This document shows, piece by piece, positions 1 through 9,141 of a stretch of DNA of 64,000 nucleotides. Below the pieces are notes generated by a model that ran no database searches, was not told where the DNA came from, and saw nothing but the letters and a program-made list of their open reading frames with translations. The DNA is taken from assembly GCF_036666595.1 (NCBI RefSeq), contig NZ_JAVWVO010000003.1, forward strand, positions 223,879-287,878. Reading direction: 5' to 3'. This DNA comes from Acinetobacter sp. (GTDB taxonomy: Bacteria; Pseudomonadota; Gammaproteobacteria; Pseudomonadales; Moraxellaceae). Each line of letters begins with the position of its first letter. Positions within the stretch are counted from its first letter, which is position 1. Made by a program: the position numbers and the translations under genes.

Positions 1-662
1 TAGCTTACTGCCTGCAAACGTTGATCAGTCAACCATTCAAGTAGAATGATCCCGAGTCCATACAGGTCTGTTTGTACGGTCTTTGCTTCACCATGAAATA
101 ACTCAGGTGCCATATAGCGTGGTGTCGCTGTTAAAGCCTTTTGACGCGCAGCTTCACCAATTCTTTGGCTCTGCTCAAAATCAATTAATTTACATGTAGA
201 ACCGTCTAACAAAAAATGCGAAGGTTTTAAGTCAGCATGAATCCACCCCATCTGATGTAATTCTTCAACGGCATTCAGCATTTTAAAAATGATATGAATG
301 ACATGAGCTCGACTTAACTGACGGGAATTCACCATAAGTAATGATGGAACATTTTTTAAGATGAGTGCGGCTTTCACCTGTTCTGAGTGAAACTCAAAAT
401 TTTCAAGGATTTGAACTTCAGGCAAGAACTTTGGCAGTTGCAACATCGCAAGTGCATGTTGATAAAAACTAAGCTCAGCGTCAAAGCCGCTAATTAGCAC
501 CGCATGCCCTGATACCGACTGATACTTTAACCAATACCCCTGCCCTGCAACTTCAAAGCGATAGAGCCTTCGCCCCCAACCCAAACGCTGAGTCGGAGTA
601 TGAAGCGACAACGCGAGAGCATTTAATTCTTGACGATCAAACTGCCAAGAATTCGGATTCAT
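1..662 (-). CDS. Hanks-type Ser/Thr protein kinase-like protein. Only the N-terminal ~220 aa are present; the C-terminus runs off the left edge.
   Basis: My translation of the reverse strand from the ATG at 662 gives MNPNSWQFDRQELNAL... It contains the catalytic-loop motif HADLKPSH, DFE (DFG-like) and TPRYMAPE (APE motif). The open frame continues to position 1. The start overlaps the last 26 nt of the upstream patatin ORF. Confidence 0.6.
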   Translation of the reverse strand, partial: MNPNSWQFDRQELNALALSLHTPTQRLGWGRRLYRFEVAGQGYWLKYQSVSGHAVLISGFDAELSFYQHALAMLQLPKFLPEVQILENFEFHSEQVKAALILKNVPSLLMVNSRQLSRAHVIHIIFKMLNAVEELHQMGWIHADLKPSHFLLDGSTCKLIDFEQSQRIGEAARQKALTATPRYMAPELFHGEAKTVQTDLYGLGIILLEWLTDQRLQAVS

Positions 663-2148
663 TCATCTCTGCCGTATCCAATGCAGTTAAGACCTCTAAA
701 CAATGTTGAATGGTTTTCCCTACACGAGCATGTGTTTCAATCATTGAGATTTTTGGCCAAGTTGCACGTTCACCTTCACGTTGTAAGAGTTTAAATAAGT
801 GTGGTCTTGGATTTTGCAGCATATAACTATAATGGCGCAGGCCATATTTCCCTACAATGTTCACATCGCCATAATAACGCTGATCGACCACACCATAACC
901 ATGATCCAGTAAACGGCGGATCGGTGGAATCATCCCCACACGCTCACGGGCAAAGTCCATCACCCCTTTACTAATCACTTTGCCTTGTCGGCGTACAATC
1001 CGTTCAGGCCAGCTCAACATATCTTTACGAAACCGCGCTTCATCTGACTGCATAAACGGCACCACATGCGGGTTCACTTGACTGGCAATCGTGTAGTTTA
1101 AGTTGTATAAACGCGCCATTTTTTCCTGCGGGAAATCACTACGCACACTACCATCAACCCAACGAGTAGAAGACATATAGGGAGTATATAAGCCATCATG
1201 TCGCTTACTGGTGAGCTTGACTGGCGGAAATAGAATCGGCACTGCACAAGACGCGAGCACCGCACTCCACACCAACAAGTCAGGTGAAGTAAAGGTATTC
1301 ATAATGCGCGGATTTTGTGAGGCGTCATAAGGCGCAACCGCGATATTGTTATACAAGCCTGACTGCTTAAAGGCCTCTTCAAAGGTAACGTCACCCAAAT
1401 TTGCAATTAAAAAGTTTTTTAGATGTTTTACATCCGCTAAGCCGCCATTGCCCTTTAAGACCTCACGAAAACCACGAAACTGAAATGCGTCGGTGAAAAA
1501 GTTTTCACCATTTAAGATGCTTAGCATTTCTGCAGGCGTTGCTCGCCCCAGCATCGCTGTCATAATGGCGCCAGCACTTGAACCAGACAGTACTTTCGGC
1601 ATCAGGTCTTGCTCAAGCAAAGCCTTGCACACACCTGTATGAAACAGTCCTAATGTTGCACCACCTGAAAACATCATGGCCGGTTGTCCAAAAGCTTTTT
1701 GGCAGTGCTGAAAAAATTCAATTTTTTGCTGTTTATCTAAACACTGGCAATCCGTAGATGCTACAAATGCTAAACCTAGGCTGACTTCTTCAATATAGTC
1801 TTCAATAATTTTTTTGGTGCCGACATAGGTTGCGGTAAACAACATAGGGTGAGCAATATTGGCAATGTCATAACTCAGACCTTCACGTAGCAGGTACATT
1901 AAATCGGTCGTACGCTTTTGTTGGCGATAACGCTTCAACAACCCTAAACGATGAGTAATGACTTCTGCATCGAAATAAGGTGAACAGTTATCATACTTCC
2001 ACTCTTGCGCCCCTGACTCTTCATCAATTCTAAGCGCAATACTTTTCCACTCAGTATAGTTGTCTGCCTGAGCCAATTGGTTTTTCAGTTTTTTGATTCG
2101 ATAGGCTTGGTGCGGGTTGATTTCCCGTGTGAAATCTTTAAACAACAT
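637..2148 (-). CDS. Patatin-like phospholipase/lipase, Tgl-type with a DUF3336-like N-terminal region
   Basis: Oxyanion motif FSGGATLGLFHTGV, nucleophile GSSAG, catalytic Asp in WVDGS. The ORF-track start at 2160 is GTG. The ATG at 2148 (MLFKDF...) lies 6 nt after a GAGG Shine-Dalgarno sequence. The exact start is uncertain (2148, 2154 or 2160). Confidence 0.75.
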   Translation of the reverse strand: MLFKDFTREINPHQAYRIKKLKNQLAQADNYTEWKSIALRIDEESGAQEWKYDNCSPYFDAEVITHRLGLLKRYRQQKRTTDLMYLLREGLSYDIANIAHPMLFTATYVGTKKIIEDYIEEVSLGLAFVASTDCQCLDKQQKIEFFQHCQKAFGQPAMMFSGGATLGLFHTGVCKALLEQDLMPKVLSGSSAGAIMTAMLGRATPAEMLSILNGENFFTDAFQFRGFREVLKGNGGLADVKHLKNFLIANLGDVTFEEAFKQSGLYNNIAVAPYDASQNPRIMNTFTSPDLLVWSAVLASCAVPILFPPVKLTSKRHDGLYTPYMSSTRWVDGSVRSDFPQEKMARLYNLNYTIASQVNPHVVPFMQSDEARFRKDMLSWPERIVRRQGKVISKGVMDFARERVGMIPPIRRLLDHGYGVVDQRYYGDVNIVGKYGLRHYSYMLQNPRPHLFKLLQREGERATWPKISMIETHARVGKTIQHCLEVLTALDTAEMNESEFLAV

Positions 2149-2352
2149 ATTCATCCTCACCCACTTTTTTTGTTTTCCTAAAATTTCACTGACACATTCA
2201 TCCGCCAGTCTAACTGACTATGTGTAAATTATGTGAGCATTACAATTGCCATTTCAACCCTAAAATTGGCAAATCTGCACCACTTTAAGGGTTTGATGCG
2301 ACTAAATCGGATGTTAAGATCGACGACAAGTGTAATTATAAGCTGATTAATC

Positions 2353-3225
2353 ATGGCGACCATTGACCTACCGAACAATATCTTAGAAGCACTATCGACT
2401 GTACTCCAACAACTACAGCAAAGCCTACCAGAAGTTAAACAAGCACCTGATTTTTCAGCGATTGCCTTTAAATGGGAAAATAGCGAGTTAAAAGCCATTC
2501 ATCAGCTCAAACGAATCGAATTAAATGATTTAAAAGGCATTGAGCGTCAAAAAGAAAAAGTACTGCAAAATACAGAACAGTTTCTCAATGGTTTACCTGC
2601 CAATGACGTCCTGCTTACAGGCTCTCGCGGGACAGGTAAATCCTCTATTGTTCGTGCTTTATTAACGGAATATGCAGATCAAGGCTTAAGGCTGATTGAA
2701 ATTGAACGTGATGATTTATCCGAACTACCTGAAATTCAAAAGCTGATTGCAGAGCGCCCTGAAAAGTTTATTGTGTATTGTGATGACTTGGCTTTTAACG
2801 CCGAAGATGAAAATTATCGCAGTTTAAAAAGTGTGCTGGATGGGTCTTTGCAGTCAGGTTCAAGTAATTTTATTATTTATGCCACCAGTAACCGTCGTCA
2901 TTTGCTGCCTGAGTTTATGCATGAAAACACGCCAGTGACTCGGGTCGATGTACCGCAGTACACTGAACTGCATCCACAAGAAGCGATTGAAGAAAAAATT
3001 TCACTCTCCGATCGTTTTGGATTATGGCTGTCTTTTTATCCAATGGATCAAAACTTATATTTGGACATTGTGCAGCACTACTTAGCAAAAGCTCAAATCG
3101 CCATGGACGATATGGTACGAGCCGAAGCGCTTCGTTGGTGTCAGGCGCGTGGACAACGCTCTGGCCGTGCAGCGTATCAATTTTCTAAACACTGGGTCGG
3201 TTCACAACAATTAAAACAGCTTTAG
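2353..3225 (+). CDS. DUF815-family AAA/P-loop ATPase
   Basis: Walker A GSRGTGKSS, Walker B-like IVYCDDL. Length and layout are typical of conserved DUF815 ATP-binding proteins. Confidence 0.7.
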   Translation: MATIDLPNNILEALSTVLQQLQQSLPEVKQAPDFSAIAFKWENSELKAIHQLKRIELNDLKGIERQKEKVLQNTEQFLNGLPANDVLLTGSRGTGKSSIVRALLTEYADQGLRLIEIERDDLSELPEIQKLIAERPEKFIVYCDDLAFNAEDENYRSLKSVLDGSLQSGSSNFIIYATSNRRHLLPEFMHENTPVTRVDVPQYTELHPQEAIEEKISLSDRFGLWLSFYPMDQNLYLDIVQHYLAKAQIAMDDMVRAEALRWCQARGQRSGRAAYQFSKHWVGSQQLKQL

Positions 3226-3298
3226 GATAAAAATACTGATCGGCGCTTAAGTATCTATTTTAGTTTAATTATTTTTATATTTAATAGTTCAGACTGAT

Positions 3299-3345
3299 CA
3301 AAGAAATAACCCAAATTCCGCATTAGAATTTGGGTTATTTCTTTG
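3299..3345. terminator. Perfect 20-bp stem with a 7-nt loop between convergent genes; probable bidirectional terminator
   Basis: caaagaaataacccaaattc-cgcatta-gaatttgggttatttctttg. The 3' arm is U-rich, but there is no separate T-tract. Confidence 0.55.
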
Positions 3346-3388
3346 AAAAAATGAGGGATGAATATTTGTTCAAAGAAGTTTGATCTGA

Positions 3389-4057
3389 TTATTGATATTT
3401 ATCTAAGTTTGTTTCTGGCCCATCTTTGACCACAGCTTGCGCTTTTGCATAACTCTCCATTAAGCATTTATATTCAGGGCAGACATGATCTGAAAGAATT
3501 TCGGCAAAACGGGAGCCTTCAGGACGATTCCAAGTACGCATTAACTCAGCCACAATCGCAAAAGTATCGGTTGGAATTGCGCCCGCTTGAGTCACACGAG
3601 CAATCGATGTATCTGTGGCTAATTTGCTCCAGTTACCTGATGCATCCACAACACAATAGACGTTATAACCTTCTTTACGTGCACTTACAGCAGGAAATGT
3701 CATACATACACTGGTCAGCGTTCCAGCAATAATCAGTGTCTTCCTACCCGTTTTTTTAACTTCATCTACAAATAAGGGATTGTCCCAAGTATTAATTTGT
3801 CCAGTCCGTGGTACATAAACTGCGTGCGGAGCAAAGTGGTGAATTTCAGGGATTAGAGGACCATTTGGGCCGTCAGGTACAGAAGCTGTAGTAATTACAG
3901 GTATATTTAATAAAGTTGCTGCTTTTGCAATTGCAATCACATAATTACGTAAGTCGGGTACAGGTACATCGCGTACGGTATTAAAAAGTCCACTTTGATG
4001 GTCAATCAGTAGAATTATCGAATCATCAGGGTCTAGCATTCCATTAGTAGCCGCCAT
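3389..4057 (-). CDS. Isochorismatase-family cysteine hydrolase, YcaC-like
   Basis: Alignable by eye to E. coli YcaC (LLIDHQSGL..., [24 protein letters not shown]). The ATG at 4057 follows AGAGG by 8 nt. The ORF-track start at 4066 is GTG. Confidence 0.75.
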   Translation of the reverse strand: MAATNGMLDPDDSIILLIDHQSGLFNTVRDVPVPDLRNYVIAIAKAATLLNIPVITTASVPDGPNGPLIPEIHHFAPHAVYVPRTGQINTWDNPLFVDEVKKTGRKTLIIAGTLTSVCMTFPAVSARKEGYNVYCVVDASGNWSKLATDTSIARVTQAGAIPTDTFAIVAELMRTWNRPEGSRFAEILSDHVCPEYKCLMESYAKAQAVVKDGPETNLDKYQ

Positions 4058-4558
4058 GGGTAACACCTCTAAAATTTTCTTCTAATTATGTACTTCCATT
4101 GTTGTAATGAAAGTTCCTAAGACAGACCGTCATAGCTTTGAGATTTATACGACCAAGATATTTTTTAAGAAAATCTATATCTGCCTTTCATATAAACTAA
4201 TGAATAATTTTGCGCTCAGAAAGCTAAATCATGTTACGACTTGTAATTGCAATTCATGGTTATACACTTATTAATGAGCACTCATAAAATCTTACAAAGA
4301 TTATTAAATTAAACATATTAATCAAATATTTAAAACCAAATAAAAAATAGACTTCCAATTTAATTTATAGGTTTTTATAGTTTCAACATTTCATGAGTCA
4401 TCTAAAATTACACATTCCATACTTATCCCCAATTTCTATGGATAAACCTATGGGTAAATACTTTTAACTTGATGCTAAGCTACATTTAAGTGAGTCAAAA
4501 AATATTCTTAAAGTCTAAGCAGCGCATTTTTAACAGCCCTTTGGAAAGACCTAAATGT

Positions 4559-4586
4559 AAAAAAGCCCAACATTTAGTCGGGCTTT
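4559..4586 (-). terminator. Intrinsic terminator downstream of tsaD
   Basis: On the minus strand: aaagcccgac-taaat-gttgggcttt followed by tttttt. Confidence 0.65.
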
Positions 4587-4606
4587 AAGCTTATCAAATG
4601 AAAGTC

Positions 4607-5623
4607 TTAGACTTCACTGGGATTGGTCAACTCAGTCATTGGCCAGCGAGGTGTTGTCGTTACAGCCAAACCGTCATGCTGCCCTGCTTTTAACCGCTGA
4701 TAACCAGCAAAAGCAATCATAGCGCCATTGTCCGTACAAAGTGCAGGTTCGGCATAGTAAACCTGAGCACGAATCTTGGTTAAATCTACTTCTAAACGCT
4801 CACGTAAACGTTTATTGGCACTGACACCACCAGCGATCACTAAACGTTTTAAACCTGTTTGCTTCAACGCTTTCACAGATTTTTTAACTAAGGTATCCAC
4901 GATGGCTTCTTGAAAACTCGCTGCAATATCCGCATCACGGTTTTCATCACCTAATTTTTTCATTTGCACAGATACGGCTGTTTTTAAACCACTAAATGAA
5001 AACTCCAAACCTTGATGCAGCATTGGGCGTGGGAAAGCAAAGGCATTCGGATCACCTTGCTCAGCCAGTTTTGAAATATTTGGACCACCTGGATACGGTA
5101 ATCCCATCATTTTCGCAACCTTATCAAAGGCTTCACCTGCAGCATCATCAATCGACTCCCCCAACAATTCATACTGTCCAATCCCATAGGCAGCCATCAG
5201 TTGAGAATGTCCGCCTGAGACCAAAAGTGCTACAAAAGGAAATTCTGGCGGCGTTTCCGATAAAAGTGGTGCCAACATATGCCCTTCCATATGATGCACA
5301 CCAATTGCAGGTTTATTTAAAGCAAAGGCCAAAGTTCGACCAAACAGCGCGCCTGTCATCAGCGCACCCATCAAACCTGGGCCACGCGTATATGCCACGG
5401 CATCAATTTCAGATTTTTTTACACCACTTTCTTCAAGCAGTTGATTCATCAATGGAATCAGCTTACGCACATGGTCACGCGATGCCAACTCCGGCACCAC
5501 ACCACCATACTCTGCATGCAGTTTAATTTGGCTGTACAGCACTTGCCCACGTAAACCCGACTCGCTGTCATAAAGGGCAAGTCCTGTTTCATCACAAGAT
5601 GTTTCTAAGCCTAAAACGATCAT
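4607..5623 (-). CDS. tsaD: tRNA N6-adenosine threonylcarbamoyltransferase TsaD
   Basis: [15 protein letters not shown]-terminus, HHMEGH metal motif, SGGVSAN. Divergent from rpsU, as in many Proteobacteria. The ORF-track start at 5713 adds 30 non-conserved codons; I place the start at the ATG at 5623. Confidence 0.93.
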   Translation of the reverse strand: MIVLGLETSCDETGLALYDSESGLRGQVLYSQIKLHAEYGGVVPELASRDHVRKLIPLMNQLLEESGVKKSEIDAVAYTRGPGLMGALMTGALFGRTLAFALNKPAIGVHHMEGHMLAPLLSETPPEFPFVALLVSGGHSQLMAAYGIGQYELLGESIDDAAGEAFDKVAKMMGLPYPGGPNISKLAEQGDPNAFAFPRPMLHQGLEFSFSGLKTAVSVQMKKLGDENRDADIAASFQEAIVDTLVKKSVKALKQTGLKRLVIAGGVSANKRLRERLEVDLTKIRAQVYYAEPALCTDNGAMIAFAGYQRLKAGQHDGLAVTTTPRWPMTELTNPSEV

Positions 5624-5672
5624 TAAACTGCCTATAACCTGTATCAAATCTATTGCGTGAACCATTATAGAC

Positions 5673-5701
5673 TTGTGGTATGAGATGTAAATGAGTAAAA
5701 T
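5673..5701 (+). promoter_or_regulatory. Candidate sigma70 promoter for rpsU
   Basis: TTGTGG, 17-nt spacer, TAAAAT, about 70 nt upstream of the rpsU ATG. Pattern match only. Confidence 0.3.
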
Positions 5702-5768
5702 ACTGACCTTCACTTGTGATCAGGGCAATATCGCCCAGATCTTATCCATAACTTAATGAGGATTCTTC

Positions 5769-5984
5769 ATGCCACAAGTTAAATTGAAAGAAGGCGAACC
5801 AGTAGACGTAGCTATCCGTCGTTTCAAACGTTCATGCGAAAAAGCGGGCGTTTTAGCTGACGTACGTAAGCGCGAATTCTACGAGAAACCAACTCAAGAA
5901 CGTAAGCGCAAAAAAGCTGCTGCTGTTAAACGCTACCAAAAGAAATTGGCGCGTGAATCAGTACGTACTACTCGCCTTTACTAA
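5769..5984 (+). CDS. rpsU: 30S ribosomal protein S21
   Basis: 71 aa, [11 protein letters not shown]...RRFKR...EFYEKPT..RKRK; canonical S21. Confidence 0.97.
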
Positions 5985-6017
5985 GATTAATTTGTGATTG
6001 ACTGCCTGGACTAAATA

Positions 6018-6464
6018 ATGACTACTTTAAAAAGCCAAATAACTGAAGTTTTGAAAGCCACTATGCGTGCTAAAGAAATGGATAAGTTAACGGTAATTCG
6101 TGGTCTACAGGCGGCAATTAAGCAAATCGAAGTCGATGAGCGCAAAGAACTTGACGACGCTCAAGTTCTTGCGGTCATTGAAAAACAAATTAAACAACGT
6201 AAAGAATCGATCAAAGCCTTTGAAGGCGCTGGTCGAGAAGATTTAGCTAGTAAGGAACAAGCCGAACTTGAGGTTTTATCTCAATTTCTACCAGAAGCTA
6301 TGACTGAGGAAGAACTTGATTCCATGATTGCGCAAACGATTGCAGCGCAAGAAGCTACTAGCATGAAAGATATGGGTAAGGTGATGAATTCTCTGCGTCC
6401 GCTCATAGCCGGGCGCGCCGATCCTTCTCAAGTTTCAGCAAAAATTAAAGCAAAACTGGCTTAA
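6018..6464 (+). CDS. yqeY: GatB/YqeY domain-containing protein
   Basis: 148 aa, with L..A.K..D......LR.L.AAIK..E.D pattern and EL.VL..FLP. Sits immediately after rpsU. Confidence 0.85.
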   Translation: MTTLKSQITEVLKATMRAKEMDKLTVIRGLQAAIKQIEVDERKELDDAQVLAVIEKQIKQRKESIKAFEGAGREDLASKEQAELEVLSQFLPEAMTEEELDSMIAQTIAAQEATSMKDMGKVMNSLRPLIAGRADPSQVSAKIKAKLA

Positions 6465-6489
6465 TTTAAAAATCTTTAAATCGATTACG

Positions 6490-6525
6490 TTGAACTGACC
6501 TTAAAAAAGGCAGTTCAAAGTTTTA
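6490..6525 (+). terminator. Intrinsic terminator after yqeY
   Basis: ttgaactgacctt-aaaa-aaggcagttcaa (one bulge) followed by agtttta. Confidence 0.55.
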
Positions 6526-6631
6526 GTTTCTATAAAAATTACTCTTCTTCTTATTTTATCTATTCATTCTTAGCTTTAACATAGATCCTGACTCATCTCT
6601 GTTTTATCCCTCTATTTGCAATACCACTTTT

Positions 6632-8071
6632 CTAAGCTCTAAATTGTCGATCCTTTTGCATTTGGGTTAATCGCGTTTTAATAGTCGCTGACATCGCTTC
6701 ATTATCTTTCGCTAAACGCTGGGCATGTAACAAAGATTTAATCGCCTCTTCTTCAAAGCCTGACCAAAACTGCACTTCAGCCCGATAGCGCAAAACATTA
6801 ATGGTATGGATTGGCGACTTTTTATCCAAACTCGCTGCTTGCTGCATCAGTCTCCACGCATTCACATCACGCGGATTATTTTTCAAAAACCGATTGAGTA
6901 CAGGCTGCGCAAGCTCAGGTCGATTCTGACGAATGTAAACTTCAGCCAACTTATAATTTAAAGCCCGATTTTCAGGCATGATACTCGCAGGCGATTGAAT
7001 CACTGCTAAAGCCTCATTCACCCGATTTTGTCCAAGCAAGATATCAGTTTGAATTAAGGTTTGTAAATTATGTAATTTCTGATGTGACTTGGCCTGATCT
7101 AACACCTGTTGAGCAAGTTTATAGTCACCTTGTTTGAGGTAAAAACTGGCCAAAGCCAGTTGTGCTGCATAGCTGTTACGACTCACCAACATCTGTAGTT
7201 GCTGTTCTGTCGCCTGATTCGAGATCACCATGGTATACAGCTTCAAGATCTCAAAGTCTTCATCACGCCAAGTAGATTCCACTTTAGGCAACTGATTCGC
7301 TCTAAGCCTCGCCTCACTCATCCGCTCAGTCGTGAGTGGGTGTGTAAACCAAAAGTCAGGTAAAAAACTCACTCGACTGGTTGCACGGTGCATTACTTCA
7401 AAAAAATCAGCCATACTTTGTGGGTTATAACCAGCACTATACATGTACTGCATCCCTATACGGTCAGCTTCACGCTCTTGGTTACGACTATAAGACAGCT
7501 GCTTGTCCATGAGTGCGGCTTGCGTACCAACCATGACTGCAGAACCGACATCACCATCGGCTTGAGACGCAACCAAAGCACCAACCAAAATCCCTGCCAG
7601 CGCGAGTAACCCCTGCCCCTTAAACGCCTCTTGTGAGCGACTGTAATGACGCTGTGTGACGTGGGCAATTTCGTGCGCCATTACGCCAGCAACTTCATCC
7701 ATATTATTGGCATTGGTAATCAAACCAGCATTTAATGCAAACAAACCACCCGGGACTGCAAAGGCATTAATTTGCGGGTCATTAATAACCACCAGACCAA
7801 TCGGTTGACCAAGCTGAGTTTGACTCAAAATGCTTGAAAAAGCATTCATCAGTTGATCTTCTAGCCACGGATTTTGCGTAACAGGTAGCTGACGCTGTAC
7901 TTCACGATAAACTTTTTCACCAATATAGCGCTCATTATATTGATCAATAAAACCTATACCTGAACCAATTTCGGGCACATTGAACTGTGGGGCATTTGTA
8001 AGAAATTGACCTTCTGCAAAACCAACAGTCGAAATAAGACTTAAACTGCACGCACACAGAAAACGCTTCAA
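6632..8071 (-). CDS. bepA: Periplasmic M48 metalloprotease with TPR domain, BepA/YfgC-like
   Basis: Signal peptide, intact HEIAHV zinc motif, downstream EREADRIG, TPR-like C-terminal half. The start is TTG, preceded by GGGGTGAGGG. Confidence 0.8.
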   Translation of the reverse strand: MKRFLCACSLSLISTVGFAEGQFLTNAPQFNVPEIGSGIGFIDQYNERYIGEKVYREVQRQLPVTQNPWLEDQLMNAFSSILSQTQLGQPIGLVVINDPQINAFAVPGGLFALNAGLITNANNMDEVAGVMAHEIAHVTQRHYSRSQEAFKGQGLLALAGILVGALVASQADGDVGSAVMVGTQAALMDKQLSYSRNQEREADRIGMQYMYSAGYNPQSMADFFEVMHRATSRVSFLPDFWFTHPLTTERMSEARLRANQLPKVESTWRDEDFEILKLYTMVISNQATEQQLQMLVSRNSYAAQLALASFYLKQGDYKLAQQVLDQAKSHQKLHNLQTLIQTDILLGQNRVNEALAVIQSPASIMPENRALNYKLAEVYIRQNRPELAQPVLNRFLKNNPRDVNAWRLMQQAASLDKKSPIHTINVLRYRAEVQFWSGFEEEAIKSLLHAQRLAKDNEAMSATIKTRLTQMQKDRQFRA

Positions 8072-8155
8072 CCCTCACCCCGACTTTATTTAAAGGAATC
8101 GAATGACTATAACATTGATAATTGAATGAAAATGCAATGAAGTGTTATCAAATTT

Positions 8156-9124
8156 TTATCTAAATTCAGGATTCACCACATATTGAGGCTGACCACCTTC
8201 CAACGCTTTCACCAAGTTCTGGTAAGCCAACTCTGCCATTTTTTTACGTGTTACGGAGGTTCCAGAACCAATATGCGGCAACGTCACCACATTATGTAGT
8301 TGGAACAGTGCCGAATCTTGCAAGGGTTCTTTTTCATAAACATCCAGCCCAGCTGCAAAAATTTGCTTTTGCTCCAAGGCCTGAATAAGTGCTTGTTCAT
8401 CCACCACAGCACCACGCGAAATATTTACAAAAACTGCATGCGATTGCATTTTCTTAAAAGCTTCCGCATCAATTAAATGCTGCGTGTGCGCGTTTAGATC
8501 AACCGCCACAACAACGAAGTCCGATTGCTCCAGCAGCTCATCTAATTCGCAAAAACGTGCATTTAAGGGTTGTGCCAATTCTAATTTTTCTCGACGCCCG
8601 TGATACAAAATATTCATATTGAAACCATGAAAACCACGTCGCGCAATTGCCGCACCAATATTCCCCAAACCAATAATACCCAATGTTTGACCAAAAATTT
8701 CCTGACCAAATTGTGCCTGTCCGACAGTACGCGACCACTGACCTGTTTTGGTCCATTGATCCAAATAAGGCACTTGACGCGCCGCACTCATCAACAACGT
8801 AAAGGCCAAATCAGCAGTCGTTTCAGTCAACACATGAGGGGTGTGGCTGAGCCAAATTTTTGCTTGGTTTAAGTAGTTCAGATCATAGTTGTCATAGCCA
8901 ACACTAACACTAGATATAATTTTGAGCTGTTTCGCAGTTTCTAGGTTGTTTTGATTCAGTAAACGCCCTGCACCAATCATGGCATCCGCATCCGCAACTT
9001 GCTCACGGATTTGCGTATTTACATCACCTGCTTTCGGGTTGATGACCACCACATGATAACGCTGCTCTAGGCGATGTAATACTTCTGTATCTATTTGACT
9101 AAAAACAACGACCTTCTGCTTCAT
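8156..9124 (-). CDS. D-isomer-specific 2-hydroxyacid dehydrogenase (glyoxylate/hydroxypyruvate reductase-like)
   Basis: NAD-binding GIIGLGNIGAAIARR; catalytic region NISRGAVVDE...HIGS. I place the start at the ATG at 9124 (MKQKVVVF), which avoids overlapping the upstream ORF. Confidence 0.85.
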   Translation of the reverse strand: MKQKVVVFSQIDTEVLHRLEQRYHVVVINPKAGDVNTQIREQVADADAMIGAGRLLNQNNLETAKQLKIISSVSVGYDNYDLNYLNQAKIWLSHTPHVLTETTADLAFTLLMSAARQVPYLDQWTKTGQWSRTVGQAQFGQEIFGQTLGIIGLGNIGAAIARRGFHGFNMNILYHGRREKLELAQPLNARFCELDELLEQSDFVVVAVDLNAHTQHLIDAEAFKKMQSHAVFVNISRGAVVDEQALIQALEQKQIFAAGLDVYEKEPLQDSALFQLHNVVTLPHIGSGTSVTRKKMAELAYQNLVKALEGGQPQYVVNPEFR

Positions 9125-9141
9125 ATCTATTCCATAGTTTG

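Noticed and set aside
2229-2498. An 89-aa minus-strand ORF spanning the patatin/DUF815 divergent promoter and the DUF815 5' end.
   Set aside because: It overlaps the well-supported DUF815 CDS, has no motif and has odd composition. It is most likely spurious.
637-3225. The patatin phospholipase, kinase and AAA ATPase considered as a possible anti-phage (CBASS-like or other) defence locus.
   Set aside because: There is no cyclase/nucleotidyltransferase, sensor or other defence partner, and no mobile-element context. The patatin is the large DUF3336 housekeeping type. The DUF815 ATPase is divergently transcribed and widely conserved, and the flanking genes are core.
4203-4277. A 24-codon ORF (MNNFALRKLNHV...) in the AT-rich gap, considered as a remnant of a divergent LysR-type regulator.
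   Set aside because: The similarity to a LysR N-terminus is limited to a few residues, which cannot be distinguished from chance without a tblastx search.
4996-5526. A 176-aa plus-strand ORF inside tsaD. Similar long antisense ORFs occur elsewhere: 10037..10390, 10734..11093, 50616..50972, 57150..57488, 58625..58960, 59984..60355, 60470..60823, 46617..46998 and 42375..42674.
   Set aside because: All lie entirely within, and antisense or out of frame to, confidently identified conserved genes. Their translations are low-complexity (Ser/Pro/His/Arg-rich), have no Shine-Dalgarno sequence and match no family. They are typical shadow ORFs.
5624-5713. 5' extensions in the ORF track. Examples: tsaD +30 codons, rhlB +17, liuA +25, trmB +20, TetR +13, ghrB-like +14, plus GTG/TTG starts for the patatin, ycaC-like, DUF423, ygiN-like, methyltransferase and clpB genes.
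   Set aside because: The extensions are not part of the conserved N-termini I recognise, and internal ATGs have better Shine-Dalgarno spacing. I treat them as longest-ORF artefacts, not real N-terminal domains.
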